Shown here: one piece after another, positions 30,203-40,410 of the stretch
How the letters are laid out: every line of letters begins with the position of its first letter
How positions within the stretch are numbered: position 1 is the first letter of the stretch
Assembly (NCBI GenBank): GCA_044226625.1
Contig: JBGAGQ010000002.1
Span: 160,001-224,000 of the forward strand
Source of the DNA: Thermoanaerobaculia bacterium
GTDB taxonomy: Bacteria; Acidobacteriota; Thermoanaerobaculia; Multivoradales; UBA5704
Direction: 5' to 3'
DNA: 64,000 nucleotides
Program-made: the position numbers and the translations under genes
The notes under the pieces: model-generated
The model's database searches: none
Seen by the model: the letters and a program-made list of their open reading frames with translations, nothing else
What the model was told of the DNA's origin: nothing

Positions 30203-30727
30203 TCAGCTCGCCGCCTTGGCGGAGGTCCCTTGCCGCTTCATCAGGCTCGAGGTGAGCGAGCGCTCGACGAGCTCTTCCGCATCCCGCTCGCCGATGTTCT
30301 TGACATGGGCGACCTCGCTGACGATGAAGTACTTCGCCCGCTCGTACATCTTCTTCTCGCGGAACGAGAGGCTCTTGCGCTGCGACACGAGGCGAAGGTT
30401 CTTGAGCACCTCGGCCACCTCGGTGAGGCGCCCCGTCTTCATCTTGTCGAGGTTCTGCTTGTAGCGGCCCTTCCAGTCTTTGTAGGTATCGATGTTGCCG
30501 TCTTCCAAGATCTCGAACAGGGCGCGGATGTCGCGCGTGGCACAGAGGGGCCGCAAGCCGACGAGCTCGAGATTCGACTTCGGCACCATGACCTTCGAGT
30601 TGTTCGACAGCAGCTTCAGGTGATAGAAGGTCTGGTCCATCCCGGCGATCTGGCTCGCTTCGATTTTCTCGACGAGGCTGACCCCGTGGTTGGGGTAAAC
30701 CACCTTCTGACCGACTTTGAATGTCAC
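30203..30727 (-). CDS. carD: CarD family transcriptional regulator
   Basis: FKVGQKVVYPNHGV, VGLRPL, WKGRY, LSFREKKMY. Confidence 0.93.
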   Translation of the reverse strand: MTFKVGQKVVYPNHGVSLVEKIEASQIAGMDQTFYHLKLLSNNSKVMVPKSNLELVGLRPLCATRDIRALFEILEDGNIDTYKDWKGRYKQNLDKMKTGRLTEVAEVLKNLRLVSQRKSLSFREKKMYERAKYFIVSEVAHVKNIGERDAEELVERSLTSSLMKRQGTSAKAAS

Positions 30728-30805
30728 GATCCGGGCTCCCGTGGAGGTTGGAGAAAACGAGGAGTGAAGAGTAAGTCTCTGGGAGACTTACGCTTACGCC
30801 GATAT

Positions 30806-30834
30806 CTTATACACCAGGCGCGCCGTTTCGTCAA
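30806..30834 (-). promoter_or_regulatory. carD promoter
   Basis: TTGACG-17-TATAAG. Confidence 0.55.
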
Positions 30835-30916
30835 GCGCCTCGGCACCGAAACGACCCGTTTCGCCCCGGAATTCCCGCCCAAGTTACGCCCGTTTCGCAC
30901 AAGGCGATGTTCCGAT

Positions 30917-30945
30917 TTGACACCCCGCCGGCCAGGTCCTACGAT
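30917..30945 (+). promoter_or_regulatory. sigma70 promoter of tRNA-Leu
   Basis: TTGACA-17-TACGAT, followed by a GC-rich discriminator. Confidence 0.75.
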
Positions 30946-30955
30946 CCCCCTCCCG

Positions 30956-31041
30956 GCCGAAGTGGCGGAATGGCAGACGCAGTGGACTCAAAATCCACCG
31001 ACCGCAAGGTCGTAGGGGTTCGACTCCCCTCTTCGGCACCA
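30956..31041 (+). tRNA. tRNA-Leu(CAA)
   Basis: GCCGAAG/CTTCGGC acceptor stem with ACCA end; anticodon stem GTGGA/TCCAC with loop CTCAAAA; long variable arm; GTTCGA T-loop. Confidence 0.96.
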
Positions 31042-31076
31042 AGAAACCTTCTCAGGACGACCTCGACGACCGCTCG

Positions 31077-31697
31077 ATGCTCGCGGCCCACGACGCCCTC
31101 GCCCGCCTCCGTGAAGGAAATCTCCGTTTCGTCTCCGACGTTCGGAGCAATCTGACCTCGCCCACCCGGTCGCGCCGCCAGGAGCTGGCCGCCGGGCAGG
31201 AACCGTTCGCCATCATCCTCGGCTGCTCGGATTCCCGGGTACCTGCCGAAATCGTCTTCGACCAGGGGCTCGGCGACCTGTTCGTGATCCGCGTGGCGGG
31301 CAACATCGTCTCCCCGTCCCAGATCGGCAGCGTCGAGTTTGCCGCCGCGCGGTTCGGAACACCCCTGGTGGTGGTTCTAGGGCACTCGAGCTGCGGCGCC
31401 ATCCTGGCGACCCTGGAAGAGATCGGCCGGCCGTCCGAAGCCCAGTCGCGCGGTCTCCAGTCGATCGTGAGCCGCGTCCGCCCGGCGGTCGAGCCCCTGC
31501 TCGGCACCGAGCTGGCCAAAGACCCGGAGCGGCTGGTCGAAGAAGCCGTGCGGGCGAACATCCGCGCCTCGGCCGATACGCTACGCAACGGCTCTGAGAT
31601 CCTGGTCCAGCTGATCCAGAACGACGGTCTGCTGGTCGTGGGCGCCGAGTACTCTCTGAAGACGGGAGTCGTCGACTTCTTCGACGGCGTCCCCTAG
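31077..31697 (+). CDS. beta-class carbonic anhydrase
   Basis: GCSDSRV, RVAGN, GHSSCGA zinc motifs. Confidence 0.93.
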   Translation: MLAAHDALARLREGNLRFVSDVRSNLTSPTRSRRQELAAGQEPFAIILGCSDSRVPAEIVFDQGLGDLFVIRVAGNIVSPSQIGSVEFAAARFGTPLVVVLGHSSCGAILATLEEIGRPSEAQSRGLQSIVSRVRPAVEPLLGTELAKDPERLVEEAVRANIRASADTLRNGSEILVQLIQNDGLLVVGAEYSLKTGVVDFFDGVP

Positions 31698-31719
31698 CGC
31701 CCCGGTCCCTTCCCCACGA

Positions 31720-32403
31720 TCAACCCGCGCAGCACCCTCCGACCTCGAGCGCCGGTAGGAGCGTCGCCGGGGGCACCGCGCCCACGATCGTCGGGATCCC
31801 CTCGTCGTCGCCGGCGCCGGAGTCGAGCACCAGCTGCTTGAACCGGGTCCAAGGAAACCGGGGCCCCGGGTCGGAGCGGCGAGTCGGATCGAGCTTGGCG
31901 TGCGATACCACGTGCTTCAGGTTCGGATATTTCGACCAGCAGCGGCGGACGATCCGAGCGGTCGCCTCGACCTGCCAATCGGAGAATGCGTCCGACGACG
32001 TCTGGGCGTTGACGACTTCGATGCCCAGCGACCAATGGTTGACCTTCTTCGCGCCACCGTTGACGTCCGGGTGGCTCCGCGAGTTCTGGACGTGCCAGGC
32101 GGCCCGCGCCTCCGGCGCGCAGGCCCACACCAGCTGCCCGTGCTCGGGCTCGTCCTCGTCGGGGACCAGCCAGTGGAACGACGCCTTTCCGGCGACCATG
32201 ACGGACGCCGCACCTGCCGAGCTTCCCCCCGCCGTCGCGTGGATCACCACGGCCCGGACGCCGAGGATCGGGTCGAAGATCCGGCTCGACGTGCAACGCT
32301 CCCAGGTGTCTTTGATGCCCGGATACCAGGGTTCCACCAGGGTGACGTCGGCGGGCCGCCCGTCGGCGGGCAGGTCGAATTGGTACATCGCGGGATCGCC
32401 CAT
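31720..32403 (-). CDS. N-acetylmuramoyl-L-alanine amidase (Amidase_2/AmpD-like)
   Basis: VIHAT, SFHW, AWH, SLGIE, H...RRSDPG. Confidence 0.85.
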   Translation of the reverse strand: MGDPAMYQFDLPADGRPADVTLVEPWYPGIKDTWERCTSSRIFDPILGVRAVVIHATAGGSSAGAASVMVAGKASFHWLVPDEDEPEHGQLVWACAPEARAAWHVQNSRSHPDVNGGAKKVNHWSLGIEVVNAQTSSDAFSDWQVEATARIVRRCWSKYPNLKHVVSHAKLDPTRRSDPGPRFPWTRFKQLVLDSGAGDDEGIPTIVGAVPPATLLPALEVGGCCAG

Positions 32404-32555
32404 AGGACCCTCCTTCCGGATGGGATGCTGATTGAAGGATTCTCTTGCATTTTGTGTCCCGAGGGAAGCGAGCGGCCGGAAACGAATCCGGCGCCGCGCG
32501 GGGAGCGCGACGCCGGAGAAAACGACTCGAAGAGCCGGGAGTTACGCCGGGCGAA

Positions 32556-34802
32556 CTACTGGAAGTACCCGGTCACGTCCACGGTCAGCTGGAGGGTCCC
32601 CGTCGGCTGGATCGCCACCACCTTGAACGTCCCGTCCGCTTCGAGCGCGATGATGGCGTTGTTGGCCCTCGTCTGGCCGGCGACGTAGTTGACCGTCGCG
32701 GTGCTCGGGAACGTCCCGGAGTAGGCCACCACGTGGCCGTCCGACGCCCCGTCGATCGCCGTTACGTTGAGCGCCAAGGCCTTGGCGCCCGCCGGGATGC
32801 CGCACAGGCCGCTCGAGTTGAACGTGCGCTCCTGGCCCGGCACGAGGGCAGGTCCATTGCCCGAGCGGGTGTCGATCAACCGGCACGGCGACACGGTAAA
32901 GAACGAGCCCTGCGGCGGCGCGTCGGGATTCGCCGGCGCGAGGGTTTGGAGGGTGAGCTCCGTCGTCGGGCCGGATTCAAGGATCCCCAGGGTCGAGCTG
33001 ACCGGCACCGCCGTCCGGTCGATATCGAACCGGAACGCCACGAGCGACGCGTAGTCGATCGGAGCCGGCGGGGTCGTCCCGGTCGGCGCGGTCCAGGTGA
33101 TGCCGGTCGCGTCGGTCGTCGCGGTCCAGTTGTTGGCCGCGAAGCCGTCGCCGTCGACGTAGGTTATGTTGTCGATCGTGGCCCCGGTCGGATCGAACGG
33201 AACGTGGAAGCTCTTGATCTGCCGATCGAAGTCGTGGTTCTGGAACGCGTAGGCGAAGCGCTTCCGGCCCGGGCTACCGGCGACATCGGTCACTTTGACG
33301 GCGAGCTGGACATGCCCCTCGCCGGTGTCGAGCGACTGGTTGTCGGCGTCCGCCCCCGGCGTCGTCGGATTGACCCACGCGTTGATCGCCGGTCCGAGGG
33401 TATAGGCACCCACGGTGGGGAACGTCCAGGAGGACCCGATCTTCGCCGGAGCCACCTGGCGGTAGCCCATGCTGTTGAAGATGTTCACGTCGTTGCGGAT
33501 GATGTAGAACGCCTCGACGTAGTAGCTCGCACCCGCCACCGTCAGGTCCGTTTCCGCCGCCTTGAGGCCGTGGGTGGTGAAGTTCTCTCCGGAGCCGCTG
33601 AAGTCCTGCGTGCAATCTCCGTTGGTGTCGAAGTGGCTCGCGATGCCCCCGCAGTGTGCCCAAAGCCCGGTGGACGCCGTCACCTCGTTGCGTGGGGCAA
33701 GCGAGGTGTTGCTGTTGTTGGTGCCGGTGCTGTAGACGTCGGAGCAGCCCAGACCCAGGACCCGCCCGCTGTCGGTACAGGCGCCGACGTCGCAGCCGTT
33801 GTTCAGGGTGAGGAACGCGTGCTTGAGGTCGTTGCGGCCCAGCGGCTCCAACACGCCCCCGACCGAGCGAGTCATCTGCCAGACCAGGAAAGGATGCTGG
33901 TCGTTCCAGGGAGCCACGCCGAGGTTGGTGAACTTCGCGTACCAGGGAACGTTGGCCGTGCCGACGTTCTTGAGGTCGGCCGAAGGCAGGACCACGACCA
34001 CGGAGCGGCCGTTCACCGTCGCGATACCGGCCGAGGCGACGTTGGACATGTTGGTCAGCGAGACGTCCAGCGTGCCGCTCCAGTCGCCGCACGGCGGCGG
34101 CGCGTTGATCCCGACCGGGAGCGCGGGAGCCGGCGGCAGATTGCGGCCCGAGAGCGTCACGTCCAGGTCGAACACGCCGATGGGAACCCCTGAAAATCGA
34201 TCGTCCCCCATCAGTCGGGCAAGGTCCGGCGCGATGCGCAGGTCGGCGTTCAGGTAGCGCAGCTTGCCGGTCGGCGCATCGAACAACCACTGCGCCTCGG
34301 CGGCCGAGAGCACCGCCATGCCCGCCTTGTCGTAGAAGTCGAGCACGCCCGCTTTGTCTCCGGGCCGCATCTCGAGGTTCGAGAGGTCGAAGGTGCCGGC
34401 CCTACCGACCAAGCGGAAGCCGCCGCGGGTGTGCATGGCCGTCCCTTCGAAGCTTCGGAACCCGTCCCAGGCTACGCGAGCGCGGAGGTCGATCCGGCCG
34501 TCCAACGCGAAGGACGCCGCGTCGCGCGGCATCACCGACAGGAAGTGGGAGGTGTGCCCGGAGACCGAGGGCGCGAGATCGGTAACCTGGAAGCCGAGGC
34601 TCGCGATCCTCGAGCGCTCGAGGCCCACGGTCGCGACCCCATCCAGGATGTCCCACGAGGCGGTGATCGCCGGGGGTTGCTTCGGCGGAGCGTCGGCGGT
34701 CGCCGGGCCTGCAGCCAGAAAGGCGCCTCCGAGCAGCGCGAGCAGACGAGGAGCGATCCGAGAACGCCCGGATCGGCGAACGGAGTTTGGAGCGTAATTC
34801 AC
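32556..34802 (-). CDS. large secreted/surface hypothetical protein
   Basis: Signal peptide; Cys-containing central domain; C-terminal FTVSPCRLIDTR...ALNVT...RANNAI...VDVTGYF module of surface proteins. Confidence 0.7.
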   Translation of the reverse strand: MNYAPNSVRRSGRSRIAPRLLALLGGAFLAAGPATADAPPKQPPAITASWDILDGVATVGLERSRIASLGFQVTDLAPSVSGHTSHFLSVMPRDAASFALDGRIDLRARVAWDGFRSFEGTAMHTRGGFRLVGRAGTFDLSNLEMRPGDKAGVLDFYDKAGMAVLSAAEAQWLFDAPTGKLRYLNADLRIAPDLARLMGDDRFSGVPIGVFDLDVTLSGRNLPPAPALPVGINAPPPCGDWSGTLDVSLTNMSNVASAGIATVNGRSVVVVLPSADLKNVGTANVPWYAKFTNLGVAPWNDQHPFLVWQMTRSVGGVLEPLGRNDLKHAFLTLNNGCDVGACTDSGRVLGLGCSDVYSTGTNNSNTSLAPRNEVTASTGLWAHCGGIASHFDTNGDCTQDFSGSGENFTTHGLKAAETDLTVAGASYYVEAFYIIRNDVNIFNSMGYRQVAPAKIGSSWTFPTVGAYTLGPAINAWVNPTTPGADADNQSLDTGEGHVQLAVKVTDVAGSPGRKRFAYAFQNHDFDRQIKSFHVPFDPTGATIDNITYVDGDGFAANNWTATTDATGITWTAPTGTTPPAPIDYASLVAFRFDIDRTAVPVSSTLGILESGPTTELTLQTLAPANPDAPPQGSFFTVSPCRLIDTRSGNGPALVPGQERTFNSSGLCGIPAGAKALALNVTAIDGASDGHVVAYSGTFPSTATVNYVAGQTRANNAIIALEADGTFKVVAIQPTGTLQLTVDVTGYFQ

Positions 34803-34921
34803 GCGACGACCCTCCAGAGGTTTTTTCGGCGGAACCGACGGCTGGACACGGGCACTCTACCCGCCTGGATCGAGTCGTTGCAAGCGAGGCCCTCGGTTCT
34901 CCGCCCGCCTCCCGGCTGGAG

Positions 34922-34942
34922 CAAAACGTCGCTACAATGCTG
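34922..34942 (+). promoter_or_regulatory. conserved promoter element, copy 1 (contains -10 TACAAT)
   Basis: CAAAACGTCGCTACAATGCTG; 20/21 identical to 40659-40679. Confidence 0.65.
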
Positions 34943-34949
34943 CTCGTCC

Positions 34950-36536
34950 ATGGAGATCACCGGCGGTAACGGCTCGACGATCGGCCTGGCCGGAGTTCGC
35001 CGCGAGGCCTCGCCGCGGCCGGGGCGCGCCGTTCCCGCTCTGACGATCCTGCATCACCCCGACCTGTCACGAGTAGGCGACATCGCCTTGCTCGACGAGC
35101 TCGCCCATGGCGCGGTGGCTCGGGTGTCGCGCCTCACCCCGGAGCTCGCGTCGCCGGGAAGCGCCTCGGGTCGGCCGCTCTCCGACCGACATCTCTCCCG
35201 CGATCCCGTGGAGCTGTCGGCGGCCGCGGACGGCGGCGTACGCCTGGCCTGCGGCACCAGCCCGATCCGCATCGAAGCCGACGGCAAGGTCGTGCCGAAA
35301 GAGGCTCTCTTCTCCCGCGAACGGCTGGCGCGCGGCGTGGTTCTGGAGCTCGCCGAGCGGATCGTGCTGCTCCTGCATCACCGCACCTCGGCGCCGACGC
35401 TCGAAACCGAGACCTTCGGCCTGGTCGGCGCGAGCGAGGGGATCTCCCGCGTTCGCACCGACATCCGCCAGGTGGCCGATCTCGACGTTCCGGTCCTGAT
35501 CCGCGGCGACACGGGGACGGGCAAGGAGCTCGTCGCCCACGCCGTCCACACCGCCAGCCGGCGGCGCGGCGGCCCGTTCCTCGGCGTCAACATCGGCTCG
35601 ATCCCTTCTTCGCTCGCCGCCTCCGAGCTGTTCGGCGCGGTGCGGGGCGCCTTCACCGGAGCCGTCGAGCCGCGGGCCGGCTTTTTCCGCCGCGCCCATG
35701 GCGGCACGCTCTTTCTGGACGAGATCGGCGAGGTGAGCGGCGAGGTGCAGGCGATGCTCCTGCGCGTCCTGGAAACCGGCGAGCTCTACGCGGTGGGAAG
35801 CCAGGCGGCGCAGCAGGTGGACGTACGGGTGCTCGCCGCGACCGATTCGAACCTCGAAGCCCGCGCCCGGAGCGGCGACTTCCGCGCGCCGCTCCTCCAC
35901 AGGCTCGGCGGTTATGTCATCTGGCTCCCCCCTCTCCCCGAGCGACGTGAGGACTTCGGCCGGCTGTTCCACCATTTCTTGTCCGACGAGATCGCGCGGG
36001 TCGACGCCGAGAGCCGCCCTCCGGCCGAACGCATCCCCGCCTCGCTGGTGGCGCGCCTCGCCCGGCACGACTGGCCGGGTAACGTGCGTCAGCTCCGCAA
36101 CGTCGCCCGACAGCTGGTCATCGCCAATCGCGGCCGCGATCGCATCGAGATCACCCCGGCGGTCGATCGCCTGCTCGCCGAGTCGCCGACTACCGGCTCC
36201 CGAGTAGCCGCCCGTCCGGTGGCGGTTCCCCGGAGACGGCGCAGCTCCGAGATCCCCGACGCCGAGGTCGAGGCGGCGGTACGAGCCCATCGGTTCGATC
36301 TCCAGGCGGCGGCCGTGTCGCTCGGCATCTCGCGTCCTTCCCTGTACGAACGGATCGCCGCCCATCCGACCCTGCGAACGGCGAGCGACCTTTCGACCAC
36401 CGAGATTTCCGCCGCCTTCGAGGCCTGCGCCGGGGACTTGGAACGCCTGGTCGATCGTCTCGAGGTCTCCCCTCGGGCGCTCGGCCGCCGCTTGCGGGAG
36501 ATGGGACTCCTCCCCCGCGGCGAAGGCGAGGCATGA
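34950..36536 (+). CDS. sigma54-dependent enhancer-binding protein with FHA-like N-terminal domain
   Basis: GDTGTGKE, GAFTGA, LFLDEIG, WPGNVRQL, two C-terminal Fis-like HTHs; N-terminal beta domain with DRHLSR (FHA-like); no receiver domain. Confidence 0.9.
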   Translation: MEITGGNGSTIGLAGVRREASPRPGRAVPALTILHHPDLSRVGDIALLDELAHGAVARVSRLTPELASPGSASGRPLSDRHLSRDPVELSAAADGGVRLACGTSPIRIEADGKVVPKEALFSRERLARGVVLELAERIVLLLHHRTSAPTLETETFGLVGASEGISRVRTDIRQVADLDVPVLIRGDTGTGKELVAHAVHTASRRRGGPFLGVNIGSIPSSLAASELFGAVRGAFTGAVEPRAGFFRRAHGGTLFLDEIGEVSGEVQAMLLRVLETGELYAVGSQAAQQVDVRVLAATDSNLEARARSGDFRAPLLHRLGGYVIWLPPLPERREDFGRLFHHFLSDEIARVDAESRPPAERIPASLVARLARHDWPGNVRQLRNVARQLVIANRGRDRIEITPAVDRLLAESPTTGSRVAARPVAVPRRRRSSEIPDAEVEAAVRAHRFDLQAAAVSLGISRPSLYERIAAHPTLRTASDLSTTEISAAFEACAGDLERLVDRLEVSPRALGRRLREMGLLPRGEGEA

Positions 36537-39166
36537 CCGACGAAGGGCGCGAGGAGTCCGGCGGGTCCGAGGGTTCCCGGCCCGTCCCCGAAAGGATCGG
36601 TCCCTATCGGATCCTCTCGCGACTGGGCGCCGGCGGCATGGGCGAGGTCTTCCTCGCGCTCGACGAGCGGCTCGACCGGCGCGTGGCGCTCAAGAGGATC
36701 CGGACCGCCTCCGACGTCACGACCGAGCGGCGAGAGCGCTTCCGGCGCGAGGCGCGGCTCGCTGCCCGCTTGAACCATCCTTCGATCGTCCAGATCTACG
36801 ACGTGCTGTCCGACGGGGACGCCGAGGTGCTCGTCTTCGAATACGTCGAGGGAGCGACCCTTCGGCAGATCGTCGACCGCAGCCCCCTCGCCCCGGGCCG
36901 GGCCGCAGCGATCGGCCGCGACGTCGCCCTCGGGCTCGCCGAGGCGCACCGCCTGGGGATCGTCCACCGCGATCTGAAGACCGAAAACGTCCTGGTGACG
37001 CCGGCGGGCCGGGCGAAGGTCGCCGACTTCGGGGTCGCCAAAGGCGGGCTCGAGGGGGACGACCTGACCGCCACCGGCATGGTGGTCGGCACCACCCGCT
37101 CGATGTCTCCCGAGCAGGCGCGTGGCGAACCGGCCGATTTCCGCTCGGACCTGTTTTCGTTCGGCATCCTCCTCTATGAAGCGCTCGGCGGACGCTCGCC
37201 GTTCACCGGGGCGAACCCGCTTTCGACACTCCAGCGCGTCTTGCACGACGATCCTCCGCCGCTTCATCTGGCGGTCGCGGGGGTCCCCAAAGAGTTTTCG
37301 GAGCTCGTCCATCGGCTACTCGCCAAAGAGCCGCACCTGCGGCCCCGGAGCGCCTCGGAGGTTGCGTCCGCGCTCGGCGCCTGGGCCGACGAGTCGCTTC
37401 ACCGCCTCGACGACGAGGAGACCGCGTTCGAAACACCGTCGTTGCGCGCCGCGGCGCTCCCTCCGCTCCCCTCCACAGGGACCAAGGAGCCGACCACGCC
37501 GCGGCGGTTTCGCGCCGCCCGCGGAGCGGTCGCCGTCGGCGCGGCCTTGCTGGGCCTCGGCGCCGCCGCGGCGATTTATTTCGCCGTGCGCTCCCCCACC
37601 CCTCCGCTCGAGATCGCCGTGCTGCTGCCGGAGATCGGCCCGGCCGGCCGAGGTCGGCCGGAGGTCGAGCTGATTGCCGCGGCCGTGCGCGACGCCGCGT
37701 TGCGCCAGCTGGGCGATCTCCGAGGGGTGGCCCCCAAAGCGCCCGAGGAGGTCGACGCCGTGCAGGGACCCGCGAGTGGGGTCGCCCGCGCGGTCGCCGC
37801 GCAGGAGCTGATCGCCTCTCGCCTCGACTGTCGGGCCGCTAGCTGCCGTCTGACCTTGCGGCGCATCCGCGGCGCCGACGGCGCGCTGCTCGACGCCGAG
37901 AGTCAGGATCTGCCGATCGAGGATCTCGCGCTCGCGAGCCACGCGGTCGAGAGTCTGGTGCTGCGCGCCTTCCCGGAGCGGCGGTCGCGCCGGGGCGGGA
38001 GCGAGCTCGGAGCGGGCAGCGAGGAGATCGCCGAGCTCCTCCACCTGCGCCAGGCGCTCGACGCGCCGACCGGCCCCGATCTTTCGGGCATCCTCGAGCG
38101 GATCGCCGCGCTGCGCGGCCGCGCTCCGCGATTTTTCGACGTGTATCTCCTGGAGACCGACGCCGAACGGCTCGCGTTCGTCCGCTCCCGCGAGCGCCGT
38201 CATCTGGAGGCCGCCTTCGCCCGGTTGGAGGAAGCCAAAACCCTCTCCCCCGACAGTCCGGAGCCGTTTCGGAGCGAGGTCTACGTGGCCCTGGCCGGGG
38301 GCGAGACCGATCGGGCGGCGCGCGCCCTGCGCGAATTCGCGGCGAGGAACCCCGGCGACCCGCGAGCCCTGGAGCTCGGCGCCTTGGTCGACAATGCGTC
38401 GGGGCGACCGCGGGAGGCGCTCGCGAAGTTGCGCGCCGCCGTGCGCGACTACCCGTCCCAACGCCGGCTGCGCAACCTGGCGAACCTCGAGGCCCAGCAG
38501 GGCGAGATCGCCGCTGCCCGCGAGCATCTCGACCAGCTCCTCCGCGACGCGCCGGACGACGAACAGGGCCTGTCGGCCCTCGCGGGGCTCGAGCTGGGAA
38601 GCGGCGATCCGGCCCGCGCCGAGGCGCTCTACGCGCGGATCGTGCGGAGGTCCCCCCGCCTGGTGCCGCTCACCAATCTGGGGCTCGCCCGCATGCTCCT
38701 GGGTCGTCACGCCCAAGCGGCGGAGAGCTTCGAACGGGCCGCCCAGCTCGCCCCGTCCGATCCTCTCGTCGCCCTGAACCTCGCCGACGCGTGGGAGTTG
38801 CTCGGCCGCAAGCGCGAGGCCGCGGCGAAGTACTCCCAGGTGGTGGCCGCGATCACGGCAGATCCCGCCGCGACCGAGGCCCAATATCGCTCGACCCTCG
38901 CCCAAGCGCTCGCCCATCTCGGTCGGGGGCCGGAGGCGGTCGAGGCGATCCAGGACGCGCTGCGCACCGCCCCGAAGAACGCCCAGGTCGCCTACGAGGC
39001 GGCTCTCGTCTATAGCCTTCTGGGGGAGCGCTCCTCCGCGCTCACCAACGCCCGCCGCGCCATGGAGCTCGGTTGCGAGCCGCGCTGGTTCGGCTTTCCG
39101 TGGTTTGCCGACCTCCGAGCGCGCCCCGAGTTCGGCGCCCTGCTCGCCAAGGCGCCGAACGGCTGA
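36533..39166 (+). CDS. Hanks-type Ser/Thr kinase - TM - alpha/beta domain - TPR repeats (paralog 1)
   Basis: GAGGMGEV, VALK, HRDLKTEN, DFG, SPEQ; TM GAVAVGAALLGLGAAAAIYFAV; TPRs; ATGA-coupled to the activator. Confidence 0.92.
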   Translation: MTDEGREESGGSEGSRPVPERIGPYRILSRLGAGGMGEVFLALDERLDRRVALKRIRTASDVTTERRERFRREARLAARLNHPSIVQIYDVLSDGDAEVLVFEYVEGATLRQIVDRSPLAPGRAAAIGRDVALGLAEAHRLGIVHRDLKTENVLVTPAGRAKVADFGVAKGGLEGDDLTATGMVVGTTRSMSPEQARGEPADFRSDLFSFGILLYEALGGRSPFTGANPLSTLQRVLHDDPPPLHLAVAGVPKEFSELVHRLLAKEPHLRPRSASEVASALGAWADESLHRLDDEETAFETPSLRAAALPPLPSTGTKEPTTPRRFRAARGAVAVGAALLGLGAAAAIYFAVRSPTPPLEIAVLLPEIGPAGRGRPEVELIAAAVRDAALRQLGDLRGVAPKAPEEVDAVQGPASGVARAVAAQELIASRLDCRAASCRLTLRRIRGADGALLDAESQDLPIEDLALASHAVESLVLRAFPERRSRRGGSELGAGSEEIAELLHLRQALDAPTGPDLSGILERIAALRGRAPRFFDVYLLETDAERLAFVRSRERRHLEAAFARLEEAKTLSPDSPEPFRSEVYVALAGGETDRAARALREFAARNPGDPRALELGALVDNASGRPREALAKLRAAVRDYPSQRRLRNLANLEAQQGEIAAAREHLDQLLRDAPDDEQGLSALAGLELGSGDPARAEALYARIVRRSPRLVPLTNLGLARMLLGRHAQAAESFERAAQLAPSDPLVALNLADAWELLGRKREAAAKYSQVVAAITADPAATEAQYRSTLAQALAHLGRGPEAVEAIQDALRTAPKNAQVAYEAALVYSLLGERSSALTNARRAMELGCEPRWFGFPWFADLRARPEFGALLAKAPNG

Positions 39167-39180
39167 GAGAGGCGCCCCGG

Positions 39181-39966
39181 CTACTCGCCCTCCACTCCGG
39201 GCGGCTCGACCAGGATCGTCGGATCGTTCGGCGCTTTCAGCTTCTCGTCGACGGGGACGATCTTCAGCGGCACCGTGGCGGGCTTCATCCCGGCATCGAC
39301 CGAAACCGTGAGCGTCACCGTGTTGCCGACCTGTGTTCTGGTGATGTAACTCGGCTGGCCTTGAGGAAACTCGATACCGGGCACCGCCAGCTCGAACTGG
39401 GCATCGAAGACCACCTGGTAGATGCCGAAGTCACCGATCAGCGCGTAGTAATCCGAAGAGAGCCCGCTGAGCTTCTGGTTGCCGTGGGAGTAGATGTAGT
39501 CGGTGGCGACCAGGCTGATGCCCACCTGCAGCGTGTTGGGATCGCTCGGAGCGTCGGAGGCGGTCAGGCCTGGTGGCTCGACCAAGATCGTGGGGTCGAG
39601 GATTTCGGTGCCACCTCCGGATGTCGTTGCCACCAGCGAGAACGAGGCGCGCTCCCCCACGGTCGCGTCGGTGGCGATCAGGAGCGTCACCTGGCTCGGG
39701 CTCTCGTTGCTGCCGTCCAGATAGATGCTGATCCCTTTGTGTTCCGAGTTGAAAACCACCGCCGGGCTCGCAAAGTTGAAGCCCTGGGCGTTGAACGTCA
39801 GGAAATAACGTCCGGGCTTGGCGATGTCGAGCCGTCGATGGTCCGTATTCCAGCTCAGGTTCGTGGCGGAGGTCGGTTGCGGCGTGAAGATCCTTTGGCC
39901 GTCCTTGGCGATCGAGACATCGACGGTGAGGCTGTTGGTTTGGTTCGGTCCGCCTAGATTCAGCAT
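39181..39966 (-). CDS. two-domain DP-motif protein (DP-EP/DUF1888-like)
   Basis: Two ~130-aa beta-rich repeats, each ending DPTILVEPPG; GGAGG RBS; no signal peptide. Confidence 0.7.
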   Translation of the reverse strand: MLNLGGPNQTNSLTVDVSIAKDGQRIFTPQPTSATNLSWNTDHRRLDIAKPGRYFLTFNAQGFNFASPAVVFNSEHKGISIYLDGSNESPSQVTLLIATDATVGERASFSLVATTSGGGTEILDPTILVEPPGLTASDAPSDPNTLQVGISLVATDYIYSHGNQKLSGLSSDYYALIGDFGIYQVVFDAQFELAVPGIEFPQGQPSYITRTQVGNTVTLTVSVDAGMKPATVPLKIVPVDEKLKAPNDPTILVEPPGVEGE

Positions 39967-40023
39967 GGTCCCTCCCTCGAGGCGTCGTCCGGCGCCCCGG
40001 CGTCAAGGCATTGAATGGTTGGT

Positions 40024-40410
40024 TCAGAAACGGGGCGGCTCGACCAGGATCGTCGGATCGGAGGTCGCGCCGTCGTCCCGATGCACGAGGAATTCGACGA
40101 CCTGCGGAAAGGCGACACCCTCGTACGGCGCGTCGATGGTGACGGTGAAAGATGCGTCGCGCTGCTCCCAGGTGACGTTTTTCGGCTGGCCGTGCGGAAA
40201 ACCGATCGCGGGAACGGCGAGCTTGAAATCGGTCATGAAATTCAGGTCGAACGTGCCGTAGTCGGTGATGCGGCCGAAGCGGAGGCCGTCGCTGAAGGAG
40301 ATGCCCGGAGACTCGTACTGGGTGGTGTAGACGAATCGGCCGGCGGGCGAGGTGTCGATCTGGACGTCCAGGATTCCACCGGTCGTTTCCACGATCAGAG
40401 GCATGGCCAT
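40024..40410 (-). CDS. single-domain DP-motif protein (DP-EP/DUF1888-like)
   Basis: AAGGAGG RBS; 128 aa ending DPTILVEPPRF; shares FxLAVPxIxFPxGQP with domain 2 of the neighbouring gene. Confidence 0.72.
   Translation of the reverse strand: MAMPLIVETTGGILDVQIDTSPAGRFVYTTQYESPGISFSDGLRFGRITDYGTFDLNFMTDFKLAVPAIGFPHGQPKNVTWEQRDASFTVTIDAPYEGVAFPQVVEFLVHRDDGATSDPTILVEPPRF

Noticed and set aside
34855-34884. sigma54 control of the 32556-34802 gene
   Set aside because: No GG-N10-GC box found; a sigma70-like TTGCAA-18-TAGAGT fits instead.
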